Source: Octopus vulgaris (taxonomy: Eukaryota). Taken from it: a DNA stretch of 64,000 nucleotides. Both the position numbers and the translations under genes were made by a program. Shown one piece after another: positions 27,662 through 38,455 of the stretch; the stretch's first letter is position 1, and each line of letters begins with the position of its first letter. The notes under the pieces are model-generated. The model worked only from the letters and a program-made list of their open reading frames with translations, was not told where the DNA came from and ran no database searches. The stretch lies in NCBI GenBank assembly GCA_951406725.2, contig OX597828.1:17050001-17114000 (forward strand), written 5' to 3'.

Positions 27662-28871
27662 CACACACAACAGACATACACACACACACACGCATATATA
27701 TATATATAAAAACTTATATAAGAGAATGAAGTGTACATATATATATACATATATGAGTTATATTCACACACATGCATATACGTACATATATGTATATAGA
27801 TATATATATATATATGCAAGCGAATATATGTATGTACGTACCTATGTATGTGTGCATTTGTAAGTATGTATGTATGTATGTATGTTTGTATGTATGTGTA
27901 TGTATGTATGTATGTATGCGTGTATGCGTGCATGTATATATATATGTACGTATAGATTGTTCTTTTCATGAACAACGTAGCTGTTTGTGGTGGAAGAGCG
28001 ACAGGAGATAAAGAGGGAATCTTTGTCGTCTTCTAGAAATATCATTTAGTCATTTGAAACTCGAAACTCAATGGTATGTACTACAGGATGAATATCTATT
28101 AAATGGAACGGTATATATGGCTTCTCAATGTAGAGACTTCTACACTGAAATCTTCAGATTTCTCTAAAAGTGCCTTACACCGTTCAACGAAGAGGAAGCT
28201 GCTGGCGAGTCCAATTTGCGGTGAGCGCTGAGGTAGGGGTGGGGTGGGTTTTATGCAGTTCTATGCATTATCGAATGTTTCAAGGGCTACCGTGTAGTAT
28301 GTTGTCGACGAAGACAAACGATGTTGTTGTTATTGCTTTTGACGTCGTCGACGTTGTTGTTATTGCAGTTCTTGATGTTATTGTAGTTGTTGCTGTCTTC
28401 TTCTTCTTCTTCTTCTTCTTCTCCTCCTCCTCCTCCTCCTCCTTCTTCTTCCTCTCGTTCTATTCCTCCTCCTCCTTCTTCTTCTTTTTCTTCTTCTTCT
28501 TCTCCTCCTTCTTCTTCTTCTTCTTCTTCTTCTTCTTCTTCTTCTCACCCTCCTCACCCTCGTCCTTCCAATCAGGACTCACGTCATTAGCCACAAAGAA
28601 TAATCTCTAATTCGAGCCTACTCTAAGCTACTTAGAATGCGTGTGGCAGCTTGAACATCCACCGACCACACGCGATAGACTTGGCGGTTGCACGGGCGCG
28701 AAAGCTACGTTGTTATCCTCATTCCGAAAACGGTGGCTTTTAACGGGTGGAGAGCTGAACCATCTTGGGTACAGAGGGTTCGCATTCTAGACTAGGGCCT
28801 GAAAGTTTACCACACCATAGTGGGTTACACCATGGTTCTTCTGCTTTGTAGCAGAAATAGGAAGAAATAGT

Positions 28872-29047
28872 CAGAGAAAGTTGTGGTGAAAGAGTACAGT
28901 GGGGTACACCACACCCTCCGCCGGGGCCTCGTGGAGCTTAGGTGTTTTTAGTCAATAAACACTTACAATACCCAGTCTGGGAATCGAAACTGCGTTCTTA
29001 CGACCGCGAGTCCGCTGCCCTAACCACTGGGCCATTTGCGCCTCCAC
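28872..29047 (-). mobile_element. SINE family B, 5' half
   Basis: Reverse complement of about 11915-12090. Confidence 0.85.
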
Positions 29048-29860
29048 AGTTGTCACTGTTGATGTTGTTGTTTAACACTAGATCAACTCTGATTTCTGTA
29101 GATCTACGATGAAGATGCTATCCCTCCGTAACAGTTCCACTGTGTTTTTTTACAATTATAAGATGATATGGTCTGATTTGAGGAAGATTTACTGTTATTA
29201 CTAGTAAGTGCAGTTTCTATGTAGATGTATTGTTATTGGCTGCTGTAGATGAAAATTTTCAATGGTGACTAAAGATAAAAAATTTTAACAAAATCATCAA
29301 TGATAATATATTCTCTTATTCTTCTATTCTTTTACATGCCTTAGTAATCTGACTGCGGTCATACTGGAGCACCGCTATCAAGAGTTTTAGGAATACGAGC
29401 GGCGATTAGTTATAACAGCAAAATCAATTTCAAATCCCTGCACACTGTCTATAGTACGAAGAGCTCATTGAATGAGGCAGTCATAGATACGTAATATATG
29501 AATACAAAAGACGTGATGGTTCCAATGAAAACGCTTTGTGTATAGATTTGCTCAACTAAAGCATTTTTGGAGCTGAGGCCTCTAACAAATTGTTACATTT
29601 TCAGTCGTAGAGAAAGCCTCGTTCTTCAAAAGAAGACTTTCATTCGAAACACTTTGAACTGTTTTCCTAACGTTTCTTCAGTATTGCCGCACAACTCTTT
29701 GCCATGTTTCCCTTGACCACTTTAACAAGAATTAATCCAGTGTCCATTCAAATCATACATTAGGAAGAATTTGATAATTACGGGCAATGAACAAACAATA
29801 GGATTCTGTTAGGAAATCGAAATGCTGTTAGATTGTCTAATATATATCTGTATATGTGTA

Positions 29861-29941
<81 letters not shown>

Positions 29942-29946
29942 GTCTG

Positions 29947-29985
<39 letters not shown>
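29861..29985. repeat. (TATC)n microsatellite, 5' flank of the Tx1-like element
   Basis: About 31 tandem TATC units with two TGTC variants. Confidence 0.95.
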
Positions 29986-30205
29986 GACTGACGGATGTGA
30001 TGTCGTTTCGGCTCCGAAGGTAATCATTTATTTTGACTATTTAAAAGTGTATATTGACAAACATTTTTTGCTTAAAAGTTGTACAACAGCATCCACTGTA
30101 AACCTTTGATAAATATCAACACAAAATTTTGCCCCTTGTGGGCAAAATTTAAAAGAAAAAATTCTCATAGCCTTCGTGGTTTCATTTAGCCATTTTATTT
30201 CCAAA

Positions 30206-31963
30206 ATGGCCACTGGCCACCACGAGGCTGAGTTGCAAGTGAAGCGTGACGCAGAAACAGAAAAACAGGATGCTCTGTTAGCATACGCCGAACCTGACAA
30301 CTCCACCACCACCAACAGCAACAAATACAAAACAAAGGTCGCAAGGCCAAGCACCGTCAACACCATCAGTGAGTCCACCACCACCACCAACACCATGGCA
30401 GAATCTGCTACTAAAACTGCTATCCCTACTAAAGATATCGCCACCAATAACAACATCACCATCACCGCCACCAAAGACCGTGCTGTCAATGCTACTAATA
30501 CTACCAACACCACAGCCGTCACCAAGAACGACAATAACAACAACAACAACGACGACAACAACAATTCCCTTCAACCACTGCTCACTCCATCACCAACAAG
30601 TGAAAAAATAACGACGACAAGCAAACGAAATGTCGAATTTTGCCCTAGTGCAGGACTAAAGTACGCAGGCAATTTTCCACCCCTTCCTACTTGCACGATC
30701 GAACCTAACACACCAATTTTACAAACTGCAGCCAACAACAACATCACCACAAGCAACAACAATAACAAAACAACAACAAATTTCGCTGAGGCGATTAAAG
30801 AAAAAAAAACAACAATATACTTTACGGCTCAACAATTACGGGACACGAACATCAAAATAACAGAATCAGAAGGTATCGTAAAAATTAACATACCAGAAGA
30901 TATTTTGGAAAATGAAAAAAGACGAACAATCATTTATAAAATAGTTAACAAAAAAACAAAAATCCCAGAGAAGGCCAACACAGGCAAAATAGAGAAGTGC
31001 CTGAAACCCATCTGGGATCACAAAGAATATGTAACCTGGTGGAACAAATTTGCCCACATACAAGTCGTTTTCTACACCGAAGAGTTAGCTAGACATTTCT
31101 CAACGCTAACTCTTCACTCAGATGAACTCCAACTTACACCAAGCTATCGGGGACAGAAAGTGACTAAGATCACTCTAAACAATGTCCCCAAAATAGCCAA
31201 TAGCCTATGGCTTGTAAAGGCTTTATGCATAAAAATGGCGAATTATACTATTTTGGAAACCACAGTCACAGAGCATAAAAACTGGGTGGGAAAGAAAATA
31301 GAATTTCTTCTACATATACATCATGAAGATATAAAAAAAATACCCACCCAGATATGTGTATCAGACGACCACAAGTTATATGTGGTCGTCGATGGCAGAA
31401 GACCACGTTGCTACATATGCGGCAGTGAGCAACATCTCAAAAAAGACTGCAAATCTGCCGCAAGAAAACAACAGCAGCCGGAAACAAAAACAAATAAACA
31501 AGGTCTACTACCCACACCACTTTTTGCAGGAACAAACCTCACCAAACAAACAACCACACCAACTGCAGCACCAAGAACAGAAGCAGCATCACCAACAACA
31601 ACAACCAAGAATATACCAACTCCCAAACCAAGGACATCTGCCAAAAAGACACCCAGCATAAATGAAGAAACAATTACAACTCCAAATCCCCACAAAATTG
31701 AGACCCTAAACAACACAACAATACCCACAATCACTCAAACACAAAATACCCAAACCCCACATCCAAAACCGCATACACCACAACCAAACGCTCACCAACC
31801 AACACCAACAACAAAACCAACACAGTCGACAATAGACCCCAATACTTTCCCTCTTCCAGACTCCGATTCGTCTGATCTGTCATTAGACGAAGAAGACACG
31901 GAAGATTGGCAAATAGCCACAGGGGGGAGAAGAAAAAGGGGAAAAAAAGAAAAGAAAAAATAA
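30206..31963 (+). CDS. Retrotransposon ORF1 (gag-like nucleic-acid-binding protein with CCHC zinc knuckle)
   Basis: Open frame of 595 aa from 30176; first ATG at 30206. Contains CYICGSEQHLKKDC (CX2CX4HX4C) after a folded-looking region, with T/N/P-rich low-complexity flanks. Lies directly upstream of ORF2. Confidence 0.85.
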   Translation: MATGHHEAELQVKRDAETEKQDALLAYAEPDNSTTTNSNKYKTKVARPSTVNTISESTTTTNTMAESATKTAIPTKDIATNNNITITATKDRAVNATNTTNTTAVTKNDNNNNNNDDNNNSLQPLLTPSPTSEKITTTSKRNVEFCPSAGLKYAGNFPPLPTCTIEPNTPILQTAANNNITTSNNNNKTTTNFAEAIKEKKTTIYFTAQQLRDTNIKITESEGIVKINIPEDILENEKRRTIIYKIVNKKTKIPEKANTGKIEKCLKPIWDHKEYVTWWNKFAHIQVVFYTEELARHFSTLTLHSDELQLTPSYRGQKVTKITLNNVPKIANSLWLVKALCIKMANYTILETTVTEHKNWVGKKIEFLLHIHHEDIKKIPTQICVSDDHKLYVVVDGRRPRCYICGSEQHLKKDCKSAARKQQQPETKTNKQGLLPTPLFAGTNLTKQTTTPTAAPRTEAASPTTTTKNIPTPKPRTSAKKTPSINEETITTPNPHKIETLNNTTIPTITQTQNTQTPHPKPHTPQPNAHQPTPTTKPTQSTIDPNTFPLPDSDSSDLSLDEEDTEDWQIATGGRRKRGKKEKKK

Positions 31964-32340
31964 CAAACAAAGCGGGAAGATACACCACTCCCGAAACAAA
32001 AACATCCACAGAAAACACACACATCAACACAAACACACCATCATCAAACCCCCCCAAAATGTTGACAGCCATAAACACAAACAACCACGACCTAATGGAA
32101 CACATTAGGTCAAACACTAACATTACTGAAAACGACATAAAAACAAGTAACCACCCACACACAACACCACCACAACACATTAAAATAATACACGTGACAC
32201 AGAACACATACAGCACCCTGAAATCTCTTTACCCTGATGCAGTAGGGAGATTTCAAAAGTACTCATCAAAAAAACTGTATAAAAGCCTCATAGAAGAAGA
32301 CCGTGAGGTGAAAGACAAAGAACTTTCGAAAAACAAGTAA
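31906..32340 (+). CDS. Probable C-terminal extension of ORF1 in the -1 frame
   Basis: 144-aa open frame overlapping the end of ORF1 across an A/G-rich run. Same T/N/P/K-rich composition; stops 42 nt before the ORF2 ATG. Confidence 0.5.
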   Translation: MANSHRGEKKKGKKRKEKITNKAGRYTTPETKTSTENTHINTNTPSSNPPKMLTAINTNNHDLMEHIRSNTNITENDIKTSNHPHTTPPQHIKIIHVTQNTYSTLKSLYPDAVGRFQKYSSKKLYKSLIEEDREVKDKELSKNK

Positions 32341-32382
32341 CCTTTTCTCTCTCCTTTTCCTTTTTTGCACTTTTATCGGAAC

Positions 32383-35300
32383 ATGCTCAGAATAGGTAGT
32401 ATAAATGTACGTGGCTTGGGGTCGCCTTGGAAACAAGGCTACCTGTTAAATGACATCAAGTCACTAAACCTGAATATCATAGCCATCAGTGAGACCAGAC
32501 TCCACAGCTTGCGGGCACTCCAGCACATTTTCGGTACACATTTCAACATTTATTTTTCTCCGTGTCTACCGAGAATGGGCGGAGGTGGCACCGCGGTGCT
32601 TATCCGGAAGAGTCTGGATCTCAAAGTAAGAGCAAATTTCCTAGACCCGGAGGGTAGGCTGGTCGTTTTGGATGTCGATGGCAGCAATGAGTGTGCTTTT
32701 CGACTGATAGCAGTTTATGCTCCGTCCTTAACAGGCCGACCAGATTTCTTTCGACGTCTAGAGTCTTTCATGGGAACGTCTCGTCCTTTACTTTTAGTGG
32801 GGGATTGGAATGCCACCCTGGACACGCATCTAGACTACGTGGGCAGAGATAGCAATAGAAGGGGATGCAAATGCCTCAAAGACCTGCTCAGACGTTTCCA
32901 ACTGTCTGACAGGTACCGACTGGACCACCCGAATGTGCCAATGTGGACATGGAGTAACCGCATCGGGTCGTCCAGATCATACTTAGATAGAGTATTCTGT
33001 AGGACAATAGATAAAAATAGTGTAGGTTGTCCACAATTTCATATAGTCAGTTACACAGATCACAAGTTTGTGACTTGTACACTTGACTTAGATAAGACAC
33101 ATAGGCAGGGTCCTGGTTACTGGAAACTGAACGCGTCTTTTACAGCACGACAGGTTTACAGGGACCGGATCAGCACATTAGTTAAGAGAGCTTTGACGGG
33201 TACCATCATCAACAACAGATGGTGGTATTCCCTAAAAAAAGCGATTAAAGCAGAATCAGTCAGATACAGTAGAGCCCTAGCATTAGACCGAAATAGAGTA
33301 GAGGGAGAATTAGTTAAGGTTTTAGAAGAGGCACTTAGAACTGGCATCGCGTCCAACGTACTGGCGGCGAGATTGGCCCTCGACCAACACCTCAACGCCA
33401 AACACGAGGGATGCGTTGTCAGAGCTAGGATGCGTGCTCTGAGGAACGAAGGAGTTGGAGCCGCCCAAGAGGCCCGAGTGGTGGAGACGCAACGAGGCAA
33501 CAGAGCCACCATCAAGTCTCTTATAGATGAACAGGGGCGCGAATTACTCGAGCCTAAAAGGATGTGTGGGGTTTTTCAACAACACTTCACCCAACTGTTT
33601 GGGACAAGTGGTGAGTCAGAAAGCAGAGTGGACTTTAGTGCCTACCTGCATGCCTTGCCACGACTCTCAGCAAGGGAGGTGGAGTCTTGTGAAAAGCCTA
33701 TCACAGCTGCGGACGTACAGGATGCGATGGTAGGCTGCGCGAGAGACAAGTCACCAGGCTTGGATGGTCTGCCCTACGAATTTTATTTTCATATGCCAGA
33801 CTTGTTTGGAGGCGTCTTGGCAGCTGTCTACTGCAACTGGCAGCAGAACGGGAGTATTCCTGCTTTTGTAAAGCGAGGAGCAGTGGCACTGATCAAGAAA
33901 GACCCAAACAAGGGGGACGTCATAGATAATTTCAGGCCCATCACTCTGCTCAACGCAGATTTGAAAATTTTGGCCAAGGTGTTAGCCGAGAGGTTGGCGC
34001 TTGTCATCAAGAAACTAATCGACAAGGCGCAAACATGCGCCGTGCCGGGTAGAAGTATTCATGACAACCTCCATCTGATGCGCTACATCATAGACAGGGT
34101 AGTTAAAAATCCTGGCATGGGTGGGGCGCTGATCAATTTGGATCAATCAAAAGCCTTCGATAGGGTAGACCATCACTACTTGGAGGCTGTCCTCAAAGCG
34201 GCTGGTTTCGGTCCAGTTTTCCGCAGTTGGATCGCTGCCTTATACAGCGGCATCCGCTCAGTAGTTCGCGTAAATGGTCATCTATCCAGACCTTTTAACA
34301 TCATGCGTTCGGTTCGTCAAGGATGCCCCCTCTCATCGCTGCTGTATGTACTGACTCTTGAGCCACTACTGCGGAAACTGGCGACGCTGAGGGGCATCCC
34401 ACGAGAGCTGGGATGCGGGAGGAGCGTGTCTGCATACGCGGATGACGTCACCGTCATAGTGTCGAGCTACGAGCACATCGAGCTGGTCGGCGAGACACTG
34501 AAAGAATACGAAGCGGTAACGGGAGCAAAAATTAACCGGGAAAAGTCAGTGGGCTTGCGGCTCGGCACCTGGAGAAGCAAGCCCATGCCGTCCAACAGCG
34601 TCTCCATCGTGGGACGCTGGACGGACGGACCGGTTAAATTGCTCGGGGTCTGGTTCGGTCCGGACCTCCAAATGGAGAAGAACTGGGGCGAGATAACGAC
34701 TAGGGTGGCTACTCTCACCCAGAAATGGACTGAGAGAAAGCTATCCCTAAAAGGTCGGGCGGAGGTGGCGAACGCGTACATCGCATCCGTCATCGAGTAC
34801 CGTCTGACCGTCGTGCCTTGTCCCGACCCTACCATCACCAAACTGGAACGCATACTCTTCCGCTTCTTGTGGAAGGGAAACGTTCCGATGGTCAGGCGAT
34901 CCATTTGCTGCCAACACCCGCTAAATGGAGGGCTGGGCATGCCGTGGTTGATGATGCGCAGACATGCGCTGAGACTGCGACATCTCCGGCGCTTCATAGA
35001 CAACGGTGAACAGGGGTGGTCGCCTTTTGTGCGGCGCGCTTTCCCGCAGCTCGTCTCCTTGGACGAACTACAGTCATGGATCAAGCAGAGACCGAGGCTA
35101 GGCGAATGGCACCGTGAGTGTCGCGTTGCTCTCAAGCAACTCTGCCGTCCGGGATCGAACTTGTGCGACTCCATCACAACAAAGGCATTCTATAGAGGAT
35201 TAGTGGAGGGGAGGTGCGACGACGAACTCGGGCAGAGTCTGGGCGTCGACGAGGAACACCTGACCCGCCTGTTCAGGACAACTTTCGGGCCGGGACCTAT

Positions 35301-35820
35301 GAACAATCACCAAAGATCCCTGGCCTGGCAGTGCTATCGAGAAGCATTACCTGTTCGGGATAAGCTCTACAGACACGGTTCCAGACACACTGGACCGACT
35401 TGCCCGAGATGCGGTCAGAGCGACGAAACCGTTCTGCACGCACTCGTGCAATGTCCAACCATTTCCGACCTGTGGGCTTATGCCGAACGGCTGCTGTCAC
35501 GTGTGGGACGAATCCGCCTATCGGCCGAGTCTATCGTGAGAATTGCTCCGCCCCCTTCCCTCAACCGGGAAGGCAAGGCAGTTTTCATCGTACTGGTGGC
35601 CATGGTGAAAGAATGTGTGTGGTGGACTCGAGCGAAAGGATTAGAGACAAACACTTACCTCTCTGGCCATTCGCTCATCAACTTTTTCAAGTACCACTTG
35701 AAAAGGAAGGTGAGAATGGAGAGGGAAGTTTTGTCTCGCGAAAGATTCAATAAAAGATGGGTGAATGTTGCAAAGATGGTGCGTGCTAGTAACGAAACCA
35801 TTTTGAGCATGATCCTGTAG
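32383..35820 (+). CDS. Retrotransposon ORF2: apurinic-like endonuclease, reverse transcriptase and C-terminal zinc finger
   Basis: APE motifs SINVRG, ISETR, VYAP, GDWN, YLDRVF, TDH. RT motifs KSPGLDG, FRPITLLNADLKILAK, LDQSKAFDRV, SVRQGCPLS, AYADD, KLLGV. C-terminal CPRCGQSDETVLHALVQC. No stops over ~1145 codons. Confidence 0.96.
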   Translation: MLRIGSINVRGLGSPWKQGYLLNDIKSLNLNIIAISETRLHSLRALQHIFGTHFNIYFSPCLPRMGGGGTAVLIRKSLDLKVRANFLDPEGRLVVLDVDGSNECAFRLIAVYAPSLTGRPDFFRRLESFMGTSRPLLLVGDWNATLDTHLDYVGRDSNRRGCKCLKDLLRRFQLSDRYRLDHPNVPMWTWSNRIGSSRSYLDRVFCRTIDKNSVGCPQFHIVSYTDHKFVTCTLDLDKTHRQGPGYWKLNASFTARQVYRDRISTLVKRALTGTIINNRWWYSLKKAIKAESVRYSRALALDRNRVEGELVKVLEEALRTGIASNVLAARLALDQHLNAKHEGCVVRARMRALRNEGVGAAQEARVVETQRGNRATIKSLIDEQGRELLEPKRMCGVFQQHFTQLFGTSGESESRVDFSAYLHALPRLSAREVESCEKPITAADVQDAMVGCARDKSPGLDGLPYEFYFHMPDLFGGVLAAVYCNWQQNGSIPAFVKRGAVALIKKDPNKGDVIDNFRPITLLNADLKILAKVLAERLALVIKKLIDKAQTCAVPGRSIHDNLHLMRYIIDRVVKNPGMGGALINLDQSKAFDRVDHHYLEAVLKAAGFGPVFRSWIAALYSGIRSVVRVNGHLSRPFNIMRSVRQGCPLSSLLYVLTLEPLLRKLATLRGIPRELGCGRSVSAYADDVTVIVSSYEHIELVGETLKEYEAVTGAKINREKSVGLRLGTWRSKPMPSNSVSIVGRWTDGPVKLLGVWFGPDLQMEKNWGEITTRVATLTQKWTERKLSLKGRAEVANAYIASVIEYRLTVVPCPDPTITKLERILFRFLWKGNVPMVRRSICCQHPLNGGLGMPWLMMRRHALRLRHLRRFIDNGEQGWSPFVRRAFPQLVSLDELQSWIKQRPRLGEWHRECRVALKQLCRPGSNLCDSITTKAFYRGLVEGRCDDELGQSLGVDEEHLTRLFRTTFGPGPMNNHQRSLAWQCYREALPVRDKLYRHGSRHTGPTCPRCGQSDETVLHALVQCPTISDLWAYAERLLSRVGRIRLSAESIVRIAPPPSLNREGKAVFIVLVAMVKECVWWTRAKGLETNTYLSGHSLINFFKYHLKRKVRMEREVLSRERFNKRWVNVAKMVRASNETILSMIL

Positions 35821-35987
35821 ATCGTAAAAAAGAAAGAAAGAGAGCATTTTTGACCTCATGTGTTTATTTCCTCCCTGACTGGGGTTCCCGTGGTCTTTTC
35901 TGTAGGCTTTTCTTCCCACGGATGAACCCAATCTTGTTATATCAATGTTTACACCATTATTTCTGTGATACACGATTTTCTTTTTTT

Positions 35988-36019
<32 letters not shown>

Positions 36020-36178
36020 CCTCCTCTCGATCCCTTTTGATCGCAATCTTACATTTTTATTTTTTTCCACCCTCGAAAAGAAAAGCTCTGCATTTGTATT
36101 TGTCCCCTCTGTATTCAGCCCTGTGTGGCTAATAAAAGAAAGTTATCTATCTATCGATCTATCTATCTATCTATCTAT

Positions 36179-36466
36179 AAAAAAAACGAAAGGAAAAAAG
36201 AGACCTACTTACTGTAATGTGTTTTCTTTTTGCGTGACACTATTGCCCAAGGTTCCCGTGGTCTTTTCCGTAGGCTTTTCTATCCACGGACAAACCTAAT
36301 GTGTTTTCCCTTTTTACATTGACATTTCTGTCATACACAATCCCCACATTTTTTTCACGATCCCTTTTGATCGAAATTCGCCCCATCCTTTCCCCTTCTC
36401 CTCCCCCCAAGCTCTTCTTTATATTTTGTCCCTTCTGTGTTTAGTCCTTCGTGGCCAATAAATAAA
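36179..36466 (+). mobile_element. 5'-truncated Tx1-like copy 2 (3' UTR only)
   Basis: Shares GGTTCCCGTGGTCTTTTC-GTAGGCTTTTCT--CCACGG, CGATCCCTTTTGATCG and the TTTGTCCC..GTGGC-AATAAA tail with 35821-36143. Flanked by TATC repeats on both sides. Confidence 0.85.
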
Positions 36467-36531
36467 TCTATCTATCTATCTACCTGCCTCTCCCACTCTC
36501 TCTTTCTCTATGTCTCCCTCTCTGTCCCTCA

Positions 36532-36601
<70 letters not shown>

Positions 36602-36643
36602 GTCTATCTAACTATATCTTTCTCTCTATATATATCTATCTGC

Positions 36644-36738
<95 letters not shown>

Positions 36739-36771
36739 ACTATATCTTTCTCTCTCTATATATCTATCTGC

Positions 36772-36857
<86 letters not shown>

Positions 36858-36866
36858 GTCTATCTA
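36467..36866. repeat. (TATC)n/(TC)n compound microsatellite between Tx1-like copies 2 and 3
   Basis: Directly visible tandem repeats, including a twice-repeated interruption CTAACTATATCTTTCTCTCT..ATCTGCC. Confidence 0.9.
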
Positions 36867-37253
36867 GCCACCTTGACTATGATTCTATGAACCGTAAAAA
36901 TTAATACAGAGAGTTGCTTATTTGCAAAAAAAAAAGAAATATAACATGTGACTCATTGATCGAGGTTACCGTGGTCTATTCCGTAGGCTTTTCTTTCCAC
37001 GGGTAAACCTCACCTGTCCTCCCCTTTACACTTCATATTGACATTTCTGTGATAACGATCCCTATTGATCAATTTTTTTTCCTTTCCCTTCCCCCCACCC
37101 CCCTTTTTTAAAAAGTTTATCCCCTCCTTTTTTGTCCTCTATCACGATCCCTTTTGATCGAAAACCAAACCGCCTTTTTTACCCTCAAAAGAAAAGCTCT
37201 ACCTTGTAATTTGTCCTGTCTGTGTGCAGCCCTGTGTGGCTAATAAAGAAACA
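36867..37253 (+). mobile_element. 5'-truncated Tx1-like copy 3 (last 7 ORF2 codons plus 3' UTR)
   Basis: Starts GCC ACC TTG ACT ATG ATT CTA TGA (ATLTMIL*), matching the ORF2 end TILSMIL*. Same 3' UTR motifs; AATAAA at 37242-37247; (TATC)n on both sides. Confidence 0.88.
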
Positions 37254-37326
<73 letters not shown>

Positions 37327-37335
37327 GTCTGTCTG

Positions 37336-37386
<51 letters not shown>

Positions 37387-37998
37387 ATTATATGTATATG
37401 CGCGCTGTCGAATGTGTGGAAATGAAACGACCAAATCAAGAGAAAATCGATTGTGTATGTGGAAGGGTGGTATTGGTAGACCTTAGTGATGCCATTATGG
37501 TAAAAAAAAATCATTAGAAACTATACTTAGATGGGATATTTACTATATATAAATGCGAATCGATATATTCATGTAAAATTGTATTTAACACGTTCGAGCA
37601 CATTCGGACGTGAGAAAACTTTCCGCTGCAGAAACAGTTACGAGAAAGTAAATTTTCTTCCCCAAAAATATATGTGAAAACACATATTGGGCTGAACGTG
37701 ATGAATATGAATTTGCACGAATGTATTTTATTCAATGACTTTATTTGTATTCGTTCGACTTTACTTGCGAAATAATAATGCCCGTTATCTTGTACTTGCT
37801 CCAGTCTCTGAACTAAAGACAGATTAGAGCAACATCTTGCAGTGTTTAGTCGAACGAGTTGCTTACATCACATTTCTTTTTAACTCTACACTTATCCTAT
37901 TCATCTACTTTGCCGAAAATCTACGTTCTGGGGACGTAAACAAAACAACACCCGTTTTCAAGCAGTGGTGGAAGAAAATGACAAATAAAATGTCACTT

Positions 37999-38268
37999 CA
38001 GTTCTATACTTGAGAGATGAGGAATTATGTACATTATTTACATTTGACGGATATTTGGTGTAGTGGTTAAGAGCGGGCGCTACTAATCCCAAGATTCCGA
38101 GTTCTATTCCAGGCAGTGGCCTGAATAATAACAATAATAATAATAGTAATAATAATAATAATAATAATAGCGAAAAATACCTTAGGAATGAAAACCCAGG
38201 TTCGAAATTTCTCCAAGACACCTGATGAAAGCTGGAGAGAACATCAGCCGATAATGTAAATAATGTAG
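37999..38268 (+). mobile_element. tRNA-headed short element with (AAT)n spacer, hammerhead-like core and inverted terminal segment
   Basis: tRNA-like head at 38057-38121; (AAT)n; CTGATGA at 38222; 15-bp inverted repeat at 38030-38044/38253-38267; flanking AATG[T/A]CACTT direct repeat. Confidence 0.55.
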
Positions 38269-38455
38269 AATGACACTTGTAGAAATTACTTTAGCAGAAG
38301 GCGCTTGACAAAGGTGTCACTGCAGTGGAACTGAACCCCTAACAATTCGGTTTGGAAGTAACTTTAAGGCTAACACTAGCAGAGAGGTGGAATGCAGCGT
38401 AATAACGTACAAAATGCTCTTATTGCCCTCTTACGTACGTCAATTTTGTCCGAAA

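Larger units (their letters stand above)
29986..36143 (+). mobile_element. Full-length L1/Tx1-clade non-LTR retrotransposon inserted in a (TATC)n microsatellite
   Basis: Unique sequence starts right after (TATC)n at 29861-29985. It contains a ~220-nt 5' UTR, ORF1 with a CCHC knuckle, ORF2 with APE+RT+zinc finger, and a 3' UTR with AATAAA at 36131-36136; (TATC)n resumes at ~36144. Confidence 0.93.

Noticed and set aside
33156-35500. Antisense and alternate-frame ORFs inside ORF2 (e.g. 236 aa at 34467-35177)
   Set aside because: Shadow ORFs of a GC-rich coding strand, with no motifs.
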